A DNA stretch of 64,000 bases from Bacteroidota bacterium. GTDB taxonomy: Bacteria > Bacteroidota > Bacteroidia > Bacteroidales > UBA12077. Below are positions 1-8,970 of this stretch, one piece after another (positions within the stretch are counted from its first letter, which is position 1; each line of letters starts with the position of its first letter). A program made the translations under genes and the position numbers. The notes beneath the pieces are model-generated. The model ran no database searches. It was not told the DNA's origin and saw nothing but the letters and a program-made list of their open reading frames with translations. The stretch covers positions 481,991 through 545,990 of the forward strand of contig JAHLLG010000002.1 in assembly GCA_020444275.1 (NCBI GenBank). Direction: 5' to 3'.

Positions 1-570
1 GAAGCATACCAGTCTGGTCATAGAGTGTATGGCGAAAATAAAGTACAAGAGCTGGTTACAAAATACGAACAGTTACCGAAAGATATCGAATGGCATATGA
101 TTGGACATATGCAAAGTAATAAAGTAAAATATATTGCTCCGTTTGTGTCATTAATTCATGGTGTTGATACTTTTAAACTCTTAAAAGTAATTAATAAGGA
201 AGGTAGAAAAAACAATCGAAAATTGGATTGTTTATTACAATTTCACATTGCAAAAGAAGAGACAAAATTCGGATTAGATATGGATGAAGCTATCGAGTTT
301 TTAAAGTCTGATGTTTTTAAAAATTTAGAACATGTAAACATTTGTGGGGTAATGGGTATGGCAACTTTTACAGAAAATGAGGCTACAATTCGTGCTGAAT
401 TTAAAGAATTAGTTCATATCTTTAATGAGTTGAAAAAAACGTTCTTTTCAGATAACGAAGATTTTAAAGAAATATCCATGGGAATGTCGAATGATTATAA
501 GATTGCTATTGAAGAAGGAGCAACCATGGTTCGTATCGGAAGTATATTGTTTGGTGCACGTAATTATTAA
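1..570 (+). CDS. yggS: YggS-family pyridoxal-phosphate homeostasis protein (PLPBP), 5-prime end cut by the window edge
   Basis: Frame 1 is open from base 1 (EAYQSGHRVYGENKVQE...). The HMIGHMQSNK and C-terminal MGMSNDY...GATMVRIGSILFG motifs are typical of the YggS/PROSC family. Confidence 0.85.
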   Translation, partial: EAYQSGHRVYGENKVQELVTKYEQLPKDIEWHMIGHMQSNKVKYIAPFVSLIHGVDTFKLLKVINKEGRKNNRKLDCLLQFHIAKEETKFGLDMDEAIEFLKSDVFKNLEHVNICGVMGMATFTENEATIRAEFKELVHIFNELKKTFFSDNEDFKEISMGMSNDYKIAIEEGATMVRIGSILFGARNY

Positions 571-594
571 AATAATTTAAATAAAATAACTATC

Positions 595-1563
595 ATGAGT
601 CAATTAGAAACCACTTATTTGGGACTAAAACTTAAAAATCCTGTAATAGTTGGAAGTTCAGGTTTAGCAAGTTCAATTGAAAAAATAAAACAGATTGAGA
701 AAAAGGGGGCCGGAGCAATTGTACTAAAATCAATTTTTGAAGAACAGATTAAATTTGAAGCTGGAAACCTTGCCAAGGGTTCAGATTCGCCAGAAGCCTG
801 GGATTATGTAAATCAGTATGTAAAGCATAGTACCGTTCAGGAATACCTGGATTTAATTAAGAAAGCAAAAGAAGAGGTTAAAATTCCAATTATTGCAAGT
901 ATTAACTGCGTATCTGCTAAGGAGTGGATAGGATTTGCAAAAAGCATTGAAGAAGCCGGAGCTGATGCTATTGAGATTAATGTTTTTGTGCTACCAAACG
1001 ATAAAAGCGCACCGGGTGAAAAATACGAACATTTATATTATGACCTTGCAGAAAAGCTGCAGGAAATTTTAACTATTCCTTTTGCATTTAAATTGGGATC
1101 TCATTTTTCAAATTTAGTTGGATTTTTACAAAAATTACGTGTTCCGGGTGTTGTATTATTTAATCGTTTTTATGCACCTGATATTGATATAGATAATTTG
1201 AAGTTTACCTCTTCGGAAGTGTTCAGTTCTCCTGCTGATATTCGTAATTCGTTACGATGGGTAGGAATAACTTCTTCAAAAATTACAGGTATGGACATTG
1301 CTGCTTCGACTGGAATTCACGATGGTAAAGCTGTCATAAAACAAATTTTGGCAGGTGCAACTGTAGTTCAGGTTTGTTCAACATTATATAAAAATGGAAT
1401 TGATCATTTAGAAAATATAATTAAGGAAGTTGAAGAGTGGATGACAAAACATGGATATGACCATATTGAGGAGTTTAGAGGTAAAATGAGTTATTCGAAG
1501 ATTGAAGATCCGTTGGTGTATGAACGATCACAGTTTATGAAATATTTTTCAAATGTTGACTAA
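595..1563 (+). CDS. dihydroorotate dehydrogenase-like (class-1 DHOD/DPD-fold TIM barrel) protein, probably not a true DHOD
   Basis: 322 aa. N-terminal TxYLGLKLKNPVIVGSSGL and C-terminal GATVVQVCSTLY are typical of the PyrD/PreA fold. The position of the N-x-S-C-P-N active-site loop reads EINVFVLPND, with no Cys/Ser base. It lies 24 bp after yggS. Confidence 0.75.
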   Translation: MSQLETTYLGLKLKNPVIVGSSGLASSIEKIKQIEKKGAGAIVLKSIFEEQIKFEAGNLAKGSDSPEAWDYVNQYVKHSTVQEYLDLIKKAKEEVKIPIIASINCVSAKEWIGFAKSIEEAGADAIEINVFVLPNDKSAPGEKYEHLYYDLAEKLQEILTIPFAFKLGSHFSNLVGFLQKLRVPGVVLFNRFYAPDIDIDNLKFTSSEVFSSPADIRNSLRWVGITSSKITGMDIAASTGIHDGKAVIKQILAGATVVQVCSTLYKNGIDHLENIIKEVEEWMTKHGYDHIEEFRGKMSYSKIEDPLVYERSQFMKYFSNVD

Positions 1564-1565
1564 AT

Positions 1566-1599
1566 AAAAATCCCGCTATCAGGCGGGATTTTCTTTTTT
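1566..1599. terminator. bidirectional rho-independent terminator between convergent genes
   Basis: aaaATCCCGC-tatcag-GCGGGATttt stem. It is flanked by an A-run on the 5-prime side and TTTTCTTTTTT on the 3-prime side, so it reads as hairpin plus U-run on both strands. Confidence 0.8.
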
Positions 1600-2091
1600 A
1601 TCGTTGATGATATTAATTAGTTCAAAATAGAGTGGTTTTTTATCATCTTTAATATCTTCAATAGCGTTTTCTAATCGAAAAATTGAAGCTTCGGCTACTT
1701 TGGAATCTATAGCTTCCAGATTGTCGATAACCGTAAATGCATCAAAAGCAAGTTGAAACTCCGATTTGATAAAAACATCAGTAAATGTTTCAACATGCAT
1801 ACTGAAATCCAAACTGTTTTTCCAGCTAGCCGAAACCAGTAAAGCCAAAATATCTTGATAATCCGGATTTTCAATGGCATGAACCATTACAGGAGTGCAG
1901 TCTGGTTCTCGCAGATTCTCTAATATTTTTATGATGTGATCACGAATAATAGTTTCCTGAGTGGTTAACAATAGCTCAATAACTTCTCCCAAAATGTCTT
2001 TATTCCCCTCTTTTGATACATAATTTAACGTTTCTAAAACAACTGAGTTATTCTTTGATTTGAGATTTTTGATAATTTCTTTATTTGTCAT
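1579..2091 (-). CDS. hypothetical cytoplasmic alpha-helical protein
   Basis: 170-aa ORF with no signal peptide and no catalytic motif recognised. A GGAG lies 8 nt upstream of the ATG. The stop codon sits inside the bidirectional terminator hairpin. Confidence 0.6.
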   Translation of the reverse strand: MTNKEIIKNLKSKNNSVVLETLNYVSKEGNKDILGEVIELLLTTQETIIRDHIIKILENLREPDCTPVMVHAIENPDYQDILALLVSASWKNSLDFSMHVETFTDVFIKSEFQLAFDAFTVIDNLEAIDSKVAEASIFRLENAIEDIKDDKKPLYFELINIINDKKENPA

Positions 2092-2275
2092 TGGTTACTC
2101 CACTTTATTATTAGAATTGCATAGCTTCTACAAAATTAGAACAATTCAAGTTAAATATTCGTTATTCAGATTATTATTTCCTATATTAGTTCTGAAAATT
2201 ACTCGGATTTATAAAACATAATTGAAAGAGCAACCGTACAAAAGGTTATATTTTCTAGTATTAGCGAAATGGTCT

Positions 2276-2283
2276 TAATTTTG
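2276..2283 (+). promoter_or_regulatory. candidate Bacteroidota -7 promoter box (TAnnTTTG)
   Basis: TAATTTTG about 70 nt upstream of the lipoprotein gene start. Confidence 0.35.
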
Positions 2284-2353
2284 TTTTTTAAAAAAAAGTG
2301 TTAATTTTACTACAAATTGTGATATATTGGTAACAATTAATAGATAGCTAATT

Positions 2354-3286
2354 ATGAATATTAAATTATTGTATCGTAAATCTTTATTTGTTTGTGCAGT
2401 TATTATTGCATCTGGATTAATAATAAGTTGTTCATCAGATAAAGACAAAAGCAAAGATTCTGATGACATGGTAACCATTGACTCTCTTGAAATTGACGAA
2501 CAATTAATTCAGGATGTTAAAACGGTTAAGGAGATTTTCTATTCATTACCATCACCATTAGAAACAGCAATGATTCTTAAGCAGGCAGGAGCCAAATATA
2601 ACGAAGAGTTGCTTAATCCTACCGATAATGTTTCAAAATATGTTACCAATAAAAGTATGGCATTAAACTTAGGTATCTATACTACTGATTTAAGTTATGC
2701 CAGCTTATTTGATCAAACACAGGCTACCATAAATTATATGAATGCAGCCAAAAAAATGGCCGAAGGATTAGGTATACTAAATGCAATCGACGAAGATATT
2801 GTTGAAAGACTAGAAGCAAATATAAATAACAGAGATGTTATTATGGATATTATCTCTGAAACCATTATGAATTCAAGCTCTTTCTTTGAAGAAAACGACA
2901 GACAGGCCATGTCGACAATTGTTTTAGTAGGAGGATGGGTAGAAGGTTTATATATTGCTACAAACCTGGTTGGACCGGAAGTTGATTTTAACAGTAATGA
3001 GTTAATAAATCGTATTATCGATCAGAAACTAACATTAACTACTATATTTAGCCTTTTGGAAGAAAACAACGATAGTCAGGATGTACAAGATATAATGGCT
3101 GATGTAAATGAACTTAAAGCTATTTTTGATAAAATTGAAATTACATCATCGAAAATAGAACCGGTTAAAGATGAAGAAACCAACGTTACAACTCTAAAGT
3201 CAGAGACTTCAATATCTATGAGTCCTGCTACTTATAATAAACTAAAAGAAAAAGTTAAGGTAATACGAAGTAATTATATATTATAA
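2354..3286 (+). CDS. lipoprotein of unknown function
   Basis: The signal peptide ends in a lipobox-like GLIISC followed by SSDKDKSKD. A TAATTTTG box lies about 70 nt upstream. The stop is 1 nt before the next ATG. Confidence 0.7.
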   Translation: MNIKLLYRKSLFVCAVIIASGLIISCSSDKDKSKDSDDMVTIDSLEIDEQLIQDVKTVKEIFYSLPSPLETAMILKQAGAKYNEELLNPTDNVSKYVTNKSMALNLGIYTTDLSYASLFDQTQATINYMNAAKKMAEGLGILNAIDEDIVERLEANINNRDVIMDIISETIMNSSSFFEENDRQAMSTIVLVGGWVEGLYIATNLVGPEVDFNSNELINRIIDQKLTLTTIFSLLEENNDSQDVQDIMADVNELKAIFDKIEITSSKIEPVKDEETNVTTLKSETSISMSPATYNKLKEKVKVIRSNYIL

Positions 3287-3287
3287 A

Positions 3288-3746
3288 ATGACCTCTGTTA
3301 TGAAAAAATTATACCAGGTATTTATTATACTAACAGTATTGGCTTTAGTGCCACTTTATGGTAATGCGCAATGTAAAAGTTTTGCTAAAAAAGTTTGTAA
3401 ACTAGAGTTAACACCTTATATACATGATGGTAATTATAATGCTGCAATTTTAACAGAAGGTGAGGATGCAGAATTATATAAAACATTTTATGCCGGACAA
3501 AACTATCGAATTTATATTTGCGGTTCCGATGCACTTCCTGAAATAGAGTTTCAGGTACTTGATGTAAATCGAAATGTATTGTATGATAACAGAAAAAATG
3601 ACTATTCAAGAATTTGGGACTTTAAGTTACAGGCCAGTCAACAATTAATTATTTCGTTACGCGTAAAAAACAGCGAGGAAGAAACAGATGAGTTGGTTAG
3701 TGGATGTGTTGCCATTATGTTTGGTATAAAAGAAGATAAGAACTAA
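3288..3746 (+). CDS. small exported Cys-containing protein of unknown function
   Basis: 152 aa with a Sec-type signal peptide (…LVPLYGNAQ). It is translationally coupled to the upstream lipoprotein gene and followed by a strong terminator. Confidence 0.65.
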   Translation: MTSVMKKLYQVFIILTVLALVPLYGNAQCKSFAKKVCKLELTPYIHDGNYNAAILTEGEDAELYKTFYAGQNYRIYICGSDALPEIEFQVLDVNRNVLYDNRKNDYSRIWDFKLQASQQLIISLRVKNSEEETDELVSGCVAIMFGIKEDKN

Positions 3747-3769
3747 AATAATTTATCATAAAAATATAG

Positions 3770-3798
3770 AGGCTTGTAAATTTTACAAGCCTTTTTTG
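3770..3798. terminator. rho-independent terminator (serves the + operon, possibly also the convergent - gene)
   Basis: GGCTTGTAAA / TTTACAAGCC perfect inverted repeat followed by TTTTTTG. Confidence 0.8.
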
Positions 3799-3847
3799 TT
3801 TTAGTAATTAAGTTTACAAAAAACCAACTAAAATGTGAAGATCCTTC

Positions 3848-4846
3848 TTATATCAGTTTTACAATTGTTCTTCTTTTCAGATTCCCTTTTAGCATCATTG
3901 TAATTTTTTGTTGAAGCTGATCAAGAGATATTTCGTTGTACGTGTTTTCTAATCGTTCGGGTTTCCATTGCTTTGCAAGCATTTCCCAAACTTTTTTCCT
4001 GTATTTCATTGGGTAGTTTTGTGAATCAATACCGATAAGTGCAACGCCTCTTAAAATAAATGGAAAAACTGTTAATTCGAGTTTAGGTGAAGCTACATTT
4101 CCACAGCAAGTTATTATTCCTGTTGATTTTGTGGCTTTAATAGTGTTTTCCAATATAACTCCTCCAACCGTGTCAATTGCTCCTGCAAACAAAGGTTTTA
4201 ATAGCGGTTTTTTATCATAATTTTCTATTTCGTTACGAAGTAATATTTCATTTGCTCCAATATCAGTTAAATAATTACGTTCAGATTCCTTTCCTGTAAT
4301 TGCAACAACAGAATATCCTAACTTACTCAAGATTGAAATACTTAGAGACCCGACGCCGCCTGTTGCTCCCGAAACTGCTATCTTGCCATCTTCTGGTTTT
4401 ACTAATTCGGTAAGCCTTAAAACAGACATTCCTGCTGTTAAACCGGCAGTACCATAAATCATTGCCTCTTTCATTTCCATATTTTCAGGTAATTTAACGG
4501 CCCAATCTGATGGTACTTTTATATATTCAGCAAAACCACCGTCTGTATTCATACCTAAATCATAACTGGTAACAATGACTTCTTCTCCTGATTTAAACTT
4601 ATCGTTTGTCGATTTTTCGACTACTCCAACTGCATCAATGCCGGGAGTGTGAGGATAATTCTTTGTTACTCCTTTATTTCCTGCAGCTGACAATGCATCT
4701 TTGTAATTTAATGAACTATAATGAACTTTAACCAGTAGCTCATTTTTGCCTAAAGGGCTAAATTTCATCTCCTTTATTGAGCTTGTATAGTTTCCATTGT
4801 TTTCTTCAACTCTAAAGGCTTTAAAAGTAGTTTTATGCTGTGTCAT
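3848..4846 (-). CDS. YhdH/YhfP (AcuI-like) family medium-chain quinone/enoyl oxidoreductase
   Basis: Motifs seen: FKAFRVEE...SSLNYKDAL..G.....YPHTPGIDAVG and SGATGGVGS. The ORF-track start at 4876 is a TTG, so I prefer the ATG at 4846 (MTQHKTTFKAF), which gives about 332 aa. Confidence 0.85.
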   Translation of the reverse strand: MTQHKTTFKAFRVEENNGNYTSSIKEMKFSPLGKNELLVKVHYSSLNYKDALSAAGNKGVTKNYPHTPGIDAVGVVEKSTNDKFKSGEEVIVTSYDLGMNTDGGFAEYIKVPSDWAVKLPENMEMKEAMIYGTAGLTAGMSVLRLTELVKPEDGKIAVSGATGGVGSLSISILSKLGYSVVAITGKESERNYLTDIGANEILLRNEIENYDKKPLLKPLFAGAIDTVGGVILENTIKATKSTGIITCCGNVASPKLELTVFPFILRGVALIGIDSQNYPMKYRKKVWEMLAKQWKPERLENTYNEISLDQLQQKITMMLKGNLKRRTIVKLI

Positions 4847-4890
4847 ATCATGTTTTTGTTTAGTGCAAATATCCAATTAAAAAAATGACT

Positions 4891-4906
4891 TGGCAAACGT
4901 TTACCA
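4891..4906. promoter_or_regulatory. LacI-family-type palindromic operator candidate
   Basis: TGGCAAACGTTTACCA, 7 of 8 half-site positions symmetric about a central CG. It lies 45 nt upstream of the oxidoreductase ATG at 4846. Confidence 0.45.
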
Positions 4907-4997
4907 TACACTCTAACAGCTAAACTTAGTAATTGTTGGAATAATACGATAACAAAAATGAGCTTAATATCTCAATTCATTACTATTTTAATTCATT

Positions 4998-7796
4998 TTA
5001 ATTGTTAAGTTTATCATTTAGGTATTGCCCCGTATAAGATTCTTTAACTTTAACTAAATCTTCTGGAGTGCCTTCAAAAATAATATGTCCACCATTCTTT
5101 CCTCCTTCAGGTCCTAAATCAATAATCCAGTCGGCTGACTTGATGATTTCCAGGTTATGTTCTATAATAAGTACAGAGTTTCCTCTGGCAATTAAAGCAT
5201 TAAATGCTTCAAGAAGTTTTTTAATATCATGAAAATGTAATCCTGTTGTAGGTTCATCGAAAATAAACAGGGTGGACTGCTTGCTATTTTCTTTACTTAG
5301 GAATGATGCCAGTTTAACACGTTGACTTTCACCTCCACTTAGTGTGCTGGAAGACTGGCCCAGCTTGATGTAACCTAATCCGACTTCAGCTAGGGGAGAA
5401 AGTTTATCCACTATTCTCTTTTCAGTAGCACCTTTCCCTTCAGTGAAAAACTCAATAGCTTCATTTACCGTCATTTCTAACACGTCGTATATGTTTTTAT
5501 TGCGGTACTTTACTTCCAGAATTTCATCTTTAAAACGTTTTCCCTGGCAATGATCACAAACTAAAGTTACATCGGCCATAAATTGCATTTCAACCTTTAT
5601 AACACCTTCGCCCTGACACTCTTCGCATCTTCCGCCGTCAATATTAAAGGAATAGTGAGAAGGTTTGAAATTGTTAATTTTAGATGCTTGCTGAGCTGCA
5701 TATAACTTTCTGATTTCATCGTAAGCTTTTAAGTAGGTTACAGGATTTGATCTGGATGATTTTCCAATGGGATTCTGATCAACAAATTCAATACTGTTTA
5801 AGCTTTTGATATCGCCATGGAGCTTATCATATTTACCGGTTTTTTCTCCCGTGCCTAAAAGAATTTTACTTAAAGCAGGAGAGAGGATATTTTTAACCAG
5901 GGAGGATTTACCTGAACCACTTACTCCAGTAATTACAGTTAAAACGTTTAATGGAAATTTTACATCGATATTCTTCAGGTTATTTTCTCTTGCTCCGGTA
6001 AGTTCAATGTAATTGTTCCACTTTCTTCTTTGTGTCGGAACCTTTATATATTCCTTTCCTGTAAGATATTTCGCGGTTAAACTGTCTTTGCTTTTAATGA
6101 GTTGGGTTTTGTTTCCCTGAAATATTATTTCACCTCCCAATCGGCCTGCAAAAGGACCAATATCTATGATCTCATCTGCCGATTTAATAATATCTTCATC
6201 ATGTTCAACAACAATAACAGTATTCCCAATCTTTTGTAATTGTTTTAATACGTGTATTAATCGATCGTTATCTCTGGAGTGTAAGCCAATACTTGGTTCG
6301 TCGAGAATATATAAGGATCCTACCAAACTGCTGCCCAATGATGTTGCCAGATTTATTCGTTGCGATTCGCCACCCGAAAGGGTAGAAGATAACCTGTTTA
6401 ATGTCAGGTAGCTTAATCCTACGTTCATTAAGAAATCTAACCGGCTATTAATTTCAATAAGAATTCGTTTCGAAACATCTTTTTCGTAAGCTGTAAGTTT
6501 TAGCTTTTTAAAATAATCCTGCAACTCATCTACTGGTAAAAGAACAAGATCTTGCAACGATTTTTTACCAACCTTTACGTACGATGCCTCTTTTTTTAAC
6601 CGAGTTCCTCTACAATCCGGGCATGTTGTTTTTCCTCTGTATCGCGAAAGCATCACCCTGTATTGGATTTTATATTTCTTTTCTTCCAGATGCTCAAAAA
6701 AAGCGTTTAAACCCCAGAAATATCTATTCCCGGTCCAAAGAAGTTGTTTTTGGTCTTCAGTCAGTTCAATAAATGGCTTATGAATAGGAAAATTAAACTT
6801 ATCGGCATTGTAAACGAGCCTGTTTTTCCATTCCTGCATTTTTTCTCCACGCCAGCAGGCAATGGCGTCTTCATAAATGGACAATCCTTTATTGGGAACC
6901 ACAAGATCTTCATCAATACCTATAATTTTTCCATAACCTTCACAACGCGGACACGCACCAACCGGATTATTAAAGCTGAATGTATGCACGTTGGGTTCTT
7001 CAAATTCAATTCCATCAGCTTCGAACTTATTCGAAAAGTGCTCTTCCGGTTTGGTATCACCAAATTCTTTAATTATACAGTATCCTTTCCCTTCAGAGAA
7101 AGCGGTTTGAACCGAATCGGCAAATCTGCTTAATGAATCTTCATCATTGCTAACACTAATACGATCAACTACAATATTAAATTCTTTTTTGGCAAGGAAA
7201 TCCTGATGATCACTAATTAAATCGCTGATTTTATAAATCTGATTATTTTGCTCAATTCTGGAAATTCCTTCATTTTGCAATTGTTTTAAATAATCGCCGA
7301 TTGGTTTTCCATTCTTTTTATCATGAGGAGCAAGTATTAGTAGTTTTGTTTTACTTTCAAAGCTGGTAATATGATTTACTACATCGGTAACGGAGTGCCT
7401 TTTAACAATTTTTCCTGAAACAGGAGAATATGTTTTTCCAATTCTGGCAAAAAGAAGTTTTAAATAATCGTAAACCTCTGTAGAAGTTCCAACTGTTGAG
7501 CGCGGATTTCGGGTGTTTACTTTTTGCTCAATAGCAATAGCAGGTGGAATGCCATGGATAAATTCAACATTGGGCTTGTTAATTTTTCCTAAAAACTGCC
7601 GTGCATAAGATGATAAACTTTCTACATAACGTCGTTGTCCTTCTGCATAGATCGTATCAAATGCTAAGGACGATTTTCCGGAACCGGAAACACCTGTTAT
7701 TACAACAAATTTATTGCGAGGGATATTTACATTAATGTTTTTTAGGTTATGTACTTTTGCTCCCTTTATTTCTATATATTTTTGATTATCTGGCAT
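4998..7796 (-). CDS. uvrA: excinuclease ABC subunit A
   Basis: 932 aa. Two Walker A motifs ([10 protein letters not shown] twice), two LSGGE signatures and CxxC zinc modules (CPRCEG, CPDCRG, CEECQG, CDHCQG). Confidence 0.97.
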   Translation of the reverse strand: MPDNQKYIEIKGAKVHNLKNINVNIPRNKFVVITGVSGSGKSSLAFDTIYAEGQRRYVESLSSYARQFLGKINKPNVEFIHGIPPAIAIEQKVNTRNPRSTVGTSTEVYDYLKLLFARIGKTYSPVSGKIVKRHSVTDVVNHITSFESKTKLLILAPHDKKNGKPIGDYLKQLQNEGISRIEQNNQIYKISDLISDHQDFLAKKEFNIVVDRISVSNDEDSLSRFADSVQTAFSEGKGYCIIKEFGDTKPEEHFSNKFEADGIEFEEPNVHTFSFNNPVGACPRCEGYGKIIGIDEDLVVPNKGLSIYEDAIACWRGEKMQEWKNRLVYNADKFNFPIHKPFIELTEDQKQLLWTGNRYFWGLNAFFEHLEEKKYKIQYRVMLSRYRGKTTCPDCRGTRLKKEASYVKVGKKSLQDLVLLPVDELQDYFKKLKLTAYEKDVSKRILIEINSRLDFLMNVGLSYLTLNRLSSTLSGGESQRINLATSLGSSLVGSLYILDEPSIGLHSRDNDRLIHVLKQLQKIGNTVIVVEHDEDIIKSADEIIDIGPFAGRLGGEIIFQGNKTQLIKSKDSLTAKYLTGKEYIKVPTQRRKWNNYIELTGARENNLKNIDVKFPLNVLTVITGVSGSGKSSLVKNILSPALSKILLGTGEKTGKYDKLHGDIKSLNSIEFVDQNPIGKSSRSNPVTYLKAYDEIRKLYAAQQASKINNFKPSHYSFNIDGGRCEECQGEGVIKVEMQFMADVTLVCDHCQGKRFKDEILEVKYRNKNIYDVLEMTVNEAIEFFTEGKGATEKRIVDKLSPLAEVGLGYIKLGQSSSTLSGGESQRVKLASFLSKENSKQSTLFIFDEPTTGLHFHDIKKLLEAFNALIARGNSVLIIEHNLEIIKSADWIIDLGPEGGKNGGHIIFEGTPEDLVKVKESYTGQYLNDKLNN

Positions 7797-7971
7797 AAAA
7801 ATTGAAACTAAAACAATTAAAGAATGTTAACAAAACTTAAATGGTTTTGATAAAAAAATAAATTTTACTTAAATTGCACTAAATTACTAATAAATTTCTA
7901 ACCTAAAACTCGGAGGATTGTTTATCGATTAGACTTCTACCTTTTTTTAATACATAAAAAAGGAGGTTGTT

Positions 7972-8562
7972 TTGAAAAAAACACAACTAACCGACTATGA
8001 ACTGGTTAACCGGTTTGTAAATGGTGAACAATCGAGTTTCGAAATCCTGGTAAAACGGCACAAAGATAAAGTTTATACTTATATCTTACTAATGGTAAAA
8101 AACGAGCATTTAGCTCATGATATCTTTCAGGATACATTTATAAAAGTAGTTAAGTCATTGAAATCCGGAAAGTATCAGGAAAACGGTAAATTTATTTCGT
8201 GGGTAGTGCGTATCGCGCATAATTTAATCATTGATCACTTTAGAAAAGAAAAACAGATGAAGACCTACTCTAACGATGAGTATGAAATGGATATTTTCAA
8301 TTCATCGAAGTTTTCCGATAAAACGGTTGAGGAGGATTTAATCAATGATCAAATTATGAGTGATGTGAGGGCATTAGTCGAATTCCTGCCGGATGAACAA
8401 AAGGAAGTTATCGTTCTGCGACATTTTATGGGACTAAGTTTTAAAGAGATTGCAGAACAAACAGATGTAAGTATTAATACTGCATTAGGTAGAATGCGAT
8501 ATGCCTTAATTAATTTAAGAAAAATGGTAGAGGAGAAAAATCTGAGTTTAACGCATCACTAA
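7972..8562 (+). CDS. ECF-type sigma-70 family RNA polymerase sigma factor
   Basis: Region 2 (DIFQDTFIKV, WVVRIAHNLIIDHFRK) and a region 4 HTH (GLSFKEIAEQTDVSINTALGRMRYA). TTG start at 7972, preceded by AGGAGG at 7961-7966. An upstream in-frame stop lies at 7948. Confidence 0.9.
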   Translation: MKKTQLTDYELVNRFVNGEQSSFEILVKRHKDKVYTYILLMVKNEHLAHDIFQDTFIKVVKSLKSGKYQENGKFISWVVRIAHNLIIDHFRKEKQMKTYSNDEYEMDIFNSSKFSDKTVEEDLINDQIMSDVRALVEFLPDEQKEVIVLRHFMGLSFKEIAEQTDVSINTALGRMRYALINLRKMVEEKNLSLTHH

Positions 8563-8630
8563 ATCTTAAAAAAAGTTAAATAATATATAATAAAAGATTT
8601 CCTTAAAGCGTTGTTAAGAAAAACAAACTA

Positions 8631-8828
8631 ATGATGCCTATGGGAAATACCTCTACTTTAATTTACCTTTTTAGTAATTTTGATGACAGTGAACTTATTC
8701 TTGATGATTTATGGAGTGATGAATTAGAGAGAATAAACGAAATGTTCGATTTTATAGATAAAAATTCCAAGAAGGTACCTGACCATTTAATAGATCATGT
8801 GATAAGTTTTGCTAATGATTACACATAA
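8631..8828 (+). CDS. small acidic hypothetical protein downstream of the ECF sigma gene
   Basis: 65-aa ORF on the same strand, 68 bp after the sigma gene and followed by a strong terminator. No TM segment or zinc-finger anti-sigma motif is visible. Confidence 0.45.
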   Translation: MMPMGNTSTLIYLFSNFDDSELILDDLWSDELERINEMFDFIDKNSKKVPDHLIDHVISFANDYT

Positions 8829-8850
8829 GGTCAGTAAATACAGTGTTTGT

Positions 8851-8886
8851 AAGAGATGATATTAACTTATCATCTCTTTTTTTTTG
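8851..8886 (+). terminator. rho-independent terminator after the sigma-factor/small-ORF unit
   Basis: AAGAGATGATA-ttaact-TATCATCTCTT stem (11 bp) followed by a run of about 9 T. Confidence 0.8.
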
Positions 8887-8970
8887 TCTAAAAATTTGAT
8901 TTGTATTTATTAAAATAGTATTATTGTGATATCAAAATGATATCAAACGTTTAATTTAATAATTACGATT

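Noticed and set aside
6744-7133. 129-aa + ORF inside uvrA. Similar shadow ORFs occur at 50361-50762 (in selD), 37199-37504 (in the SDR gene), 62261-62605 (in the FtsX gene) and 12608-12850 (in rsmE).
   Set aside because: All are antisense shadow ORFs within confidently assigned genes, and none has independent support.
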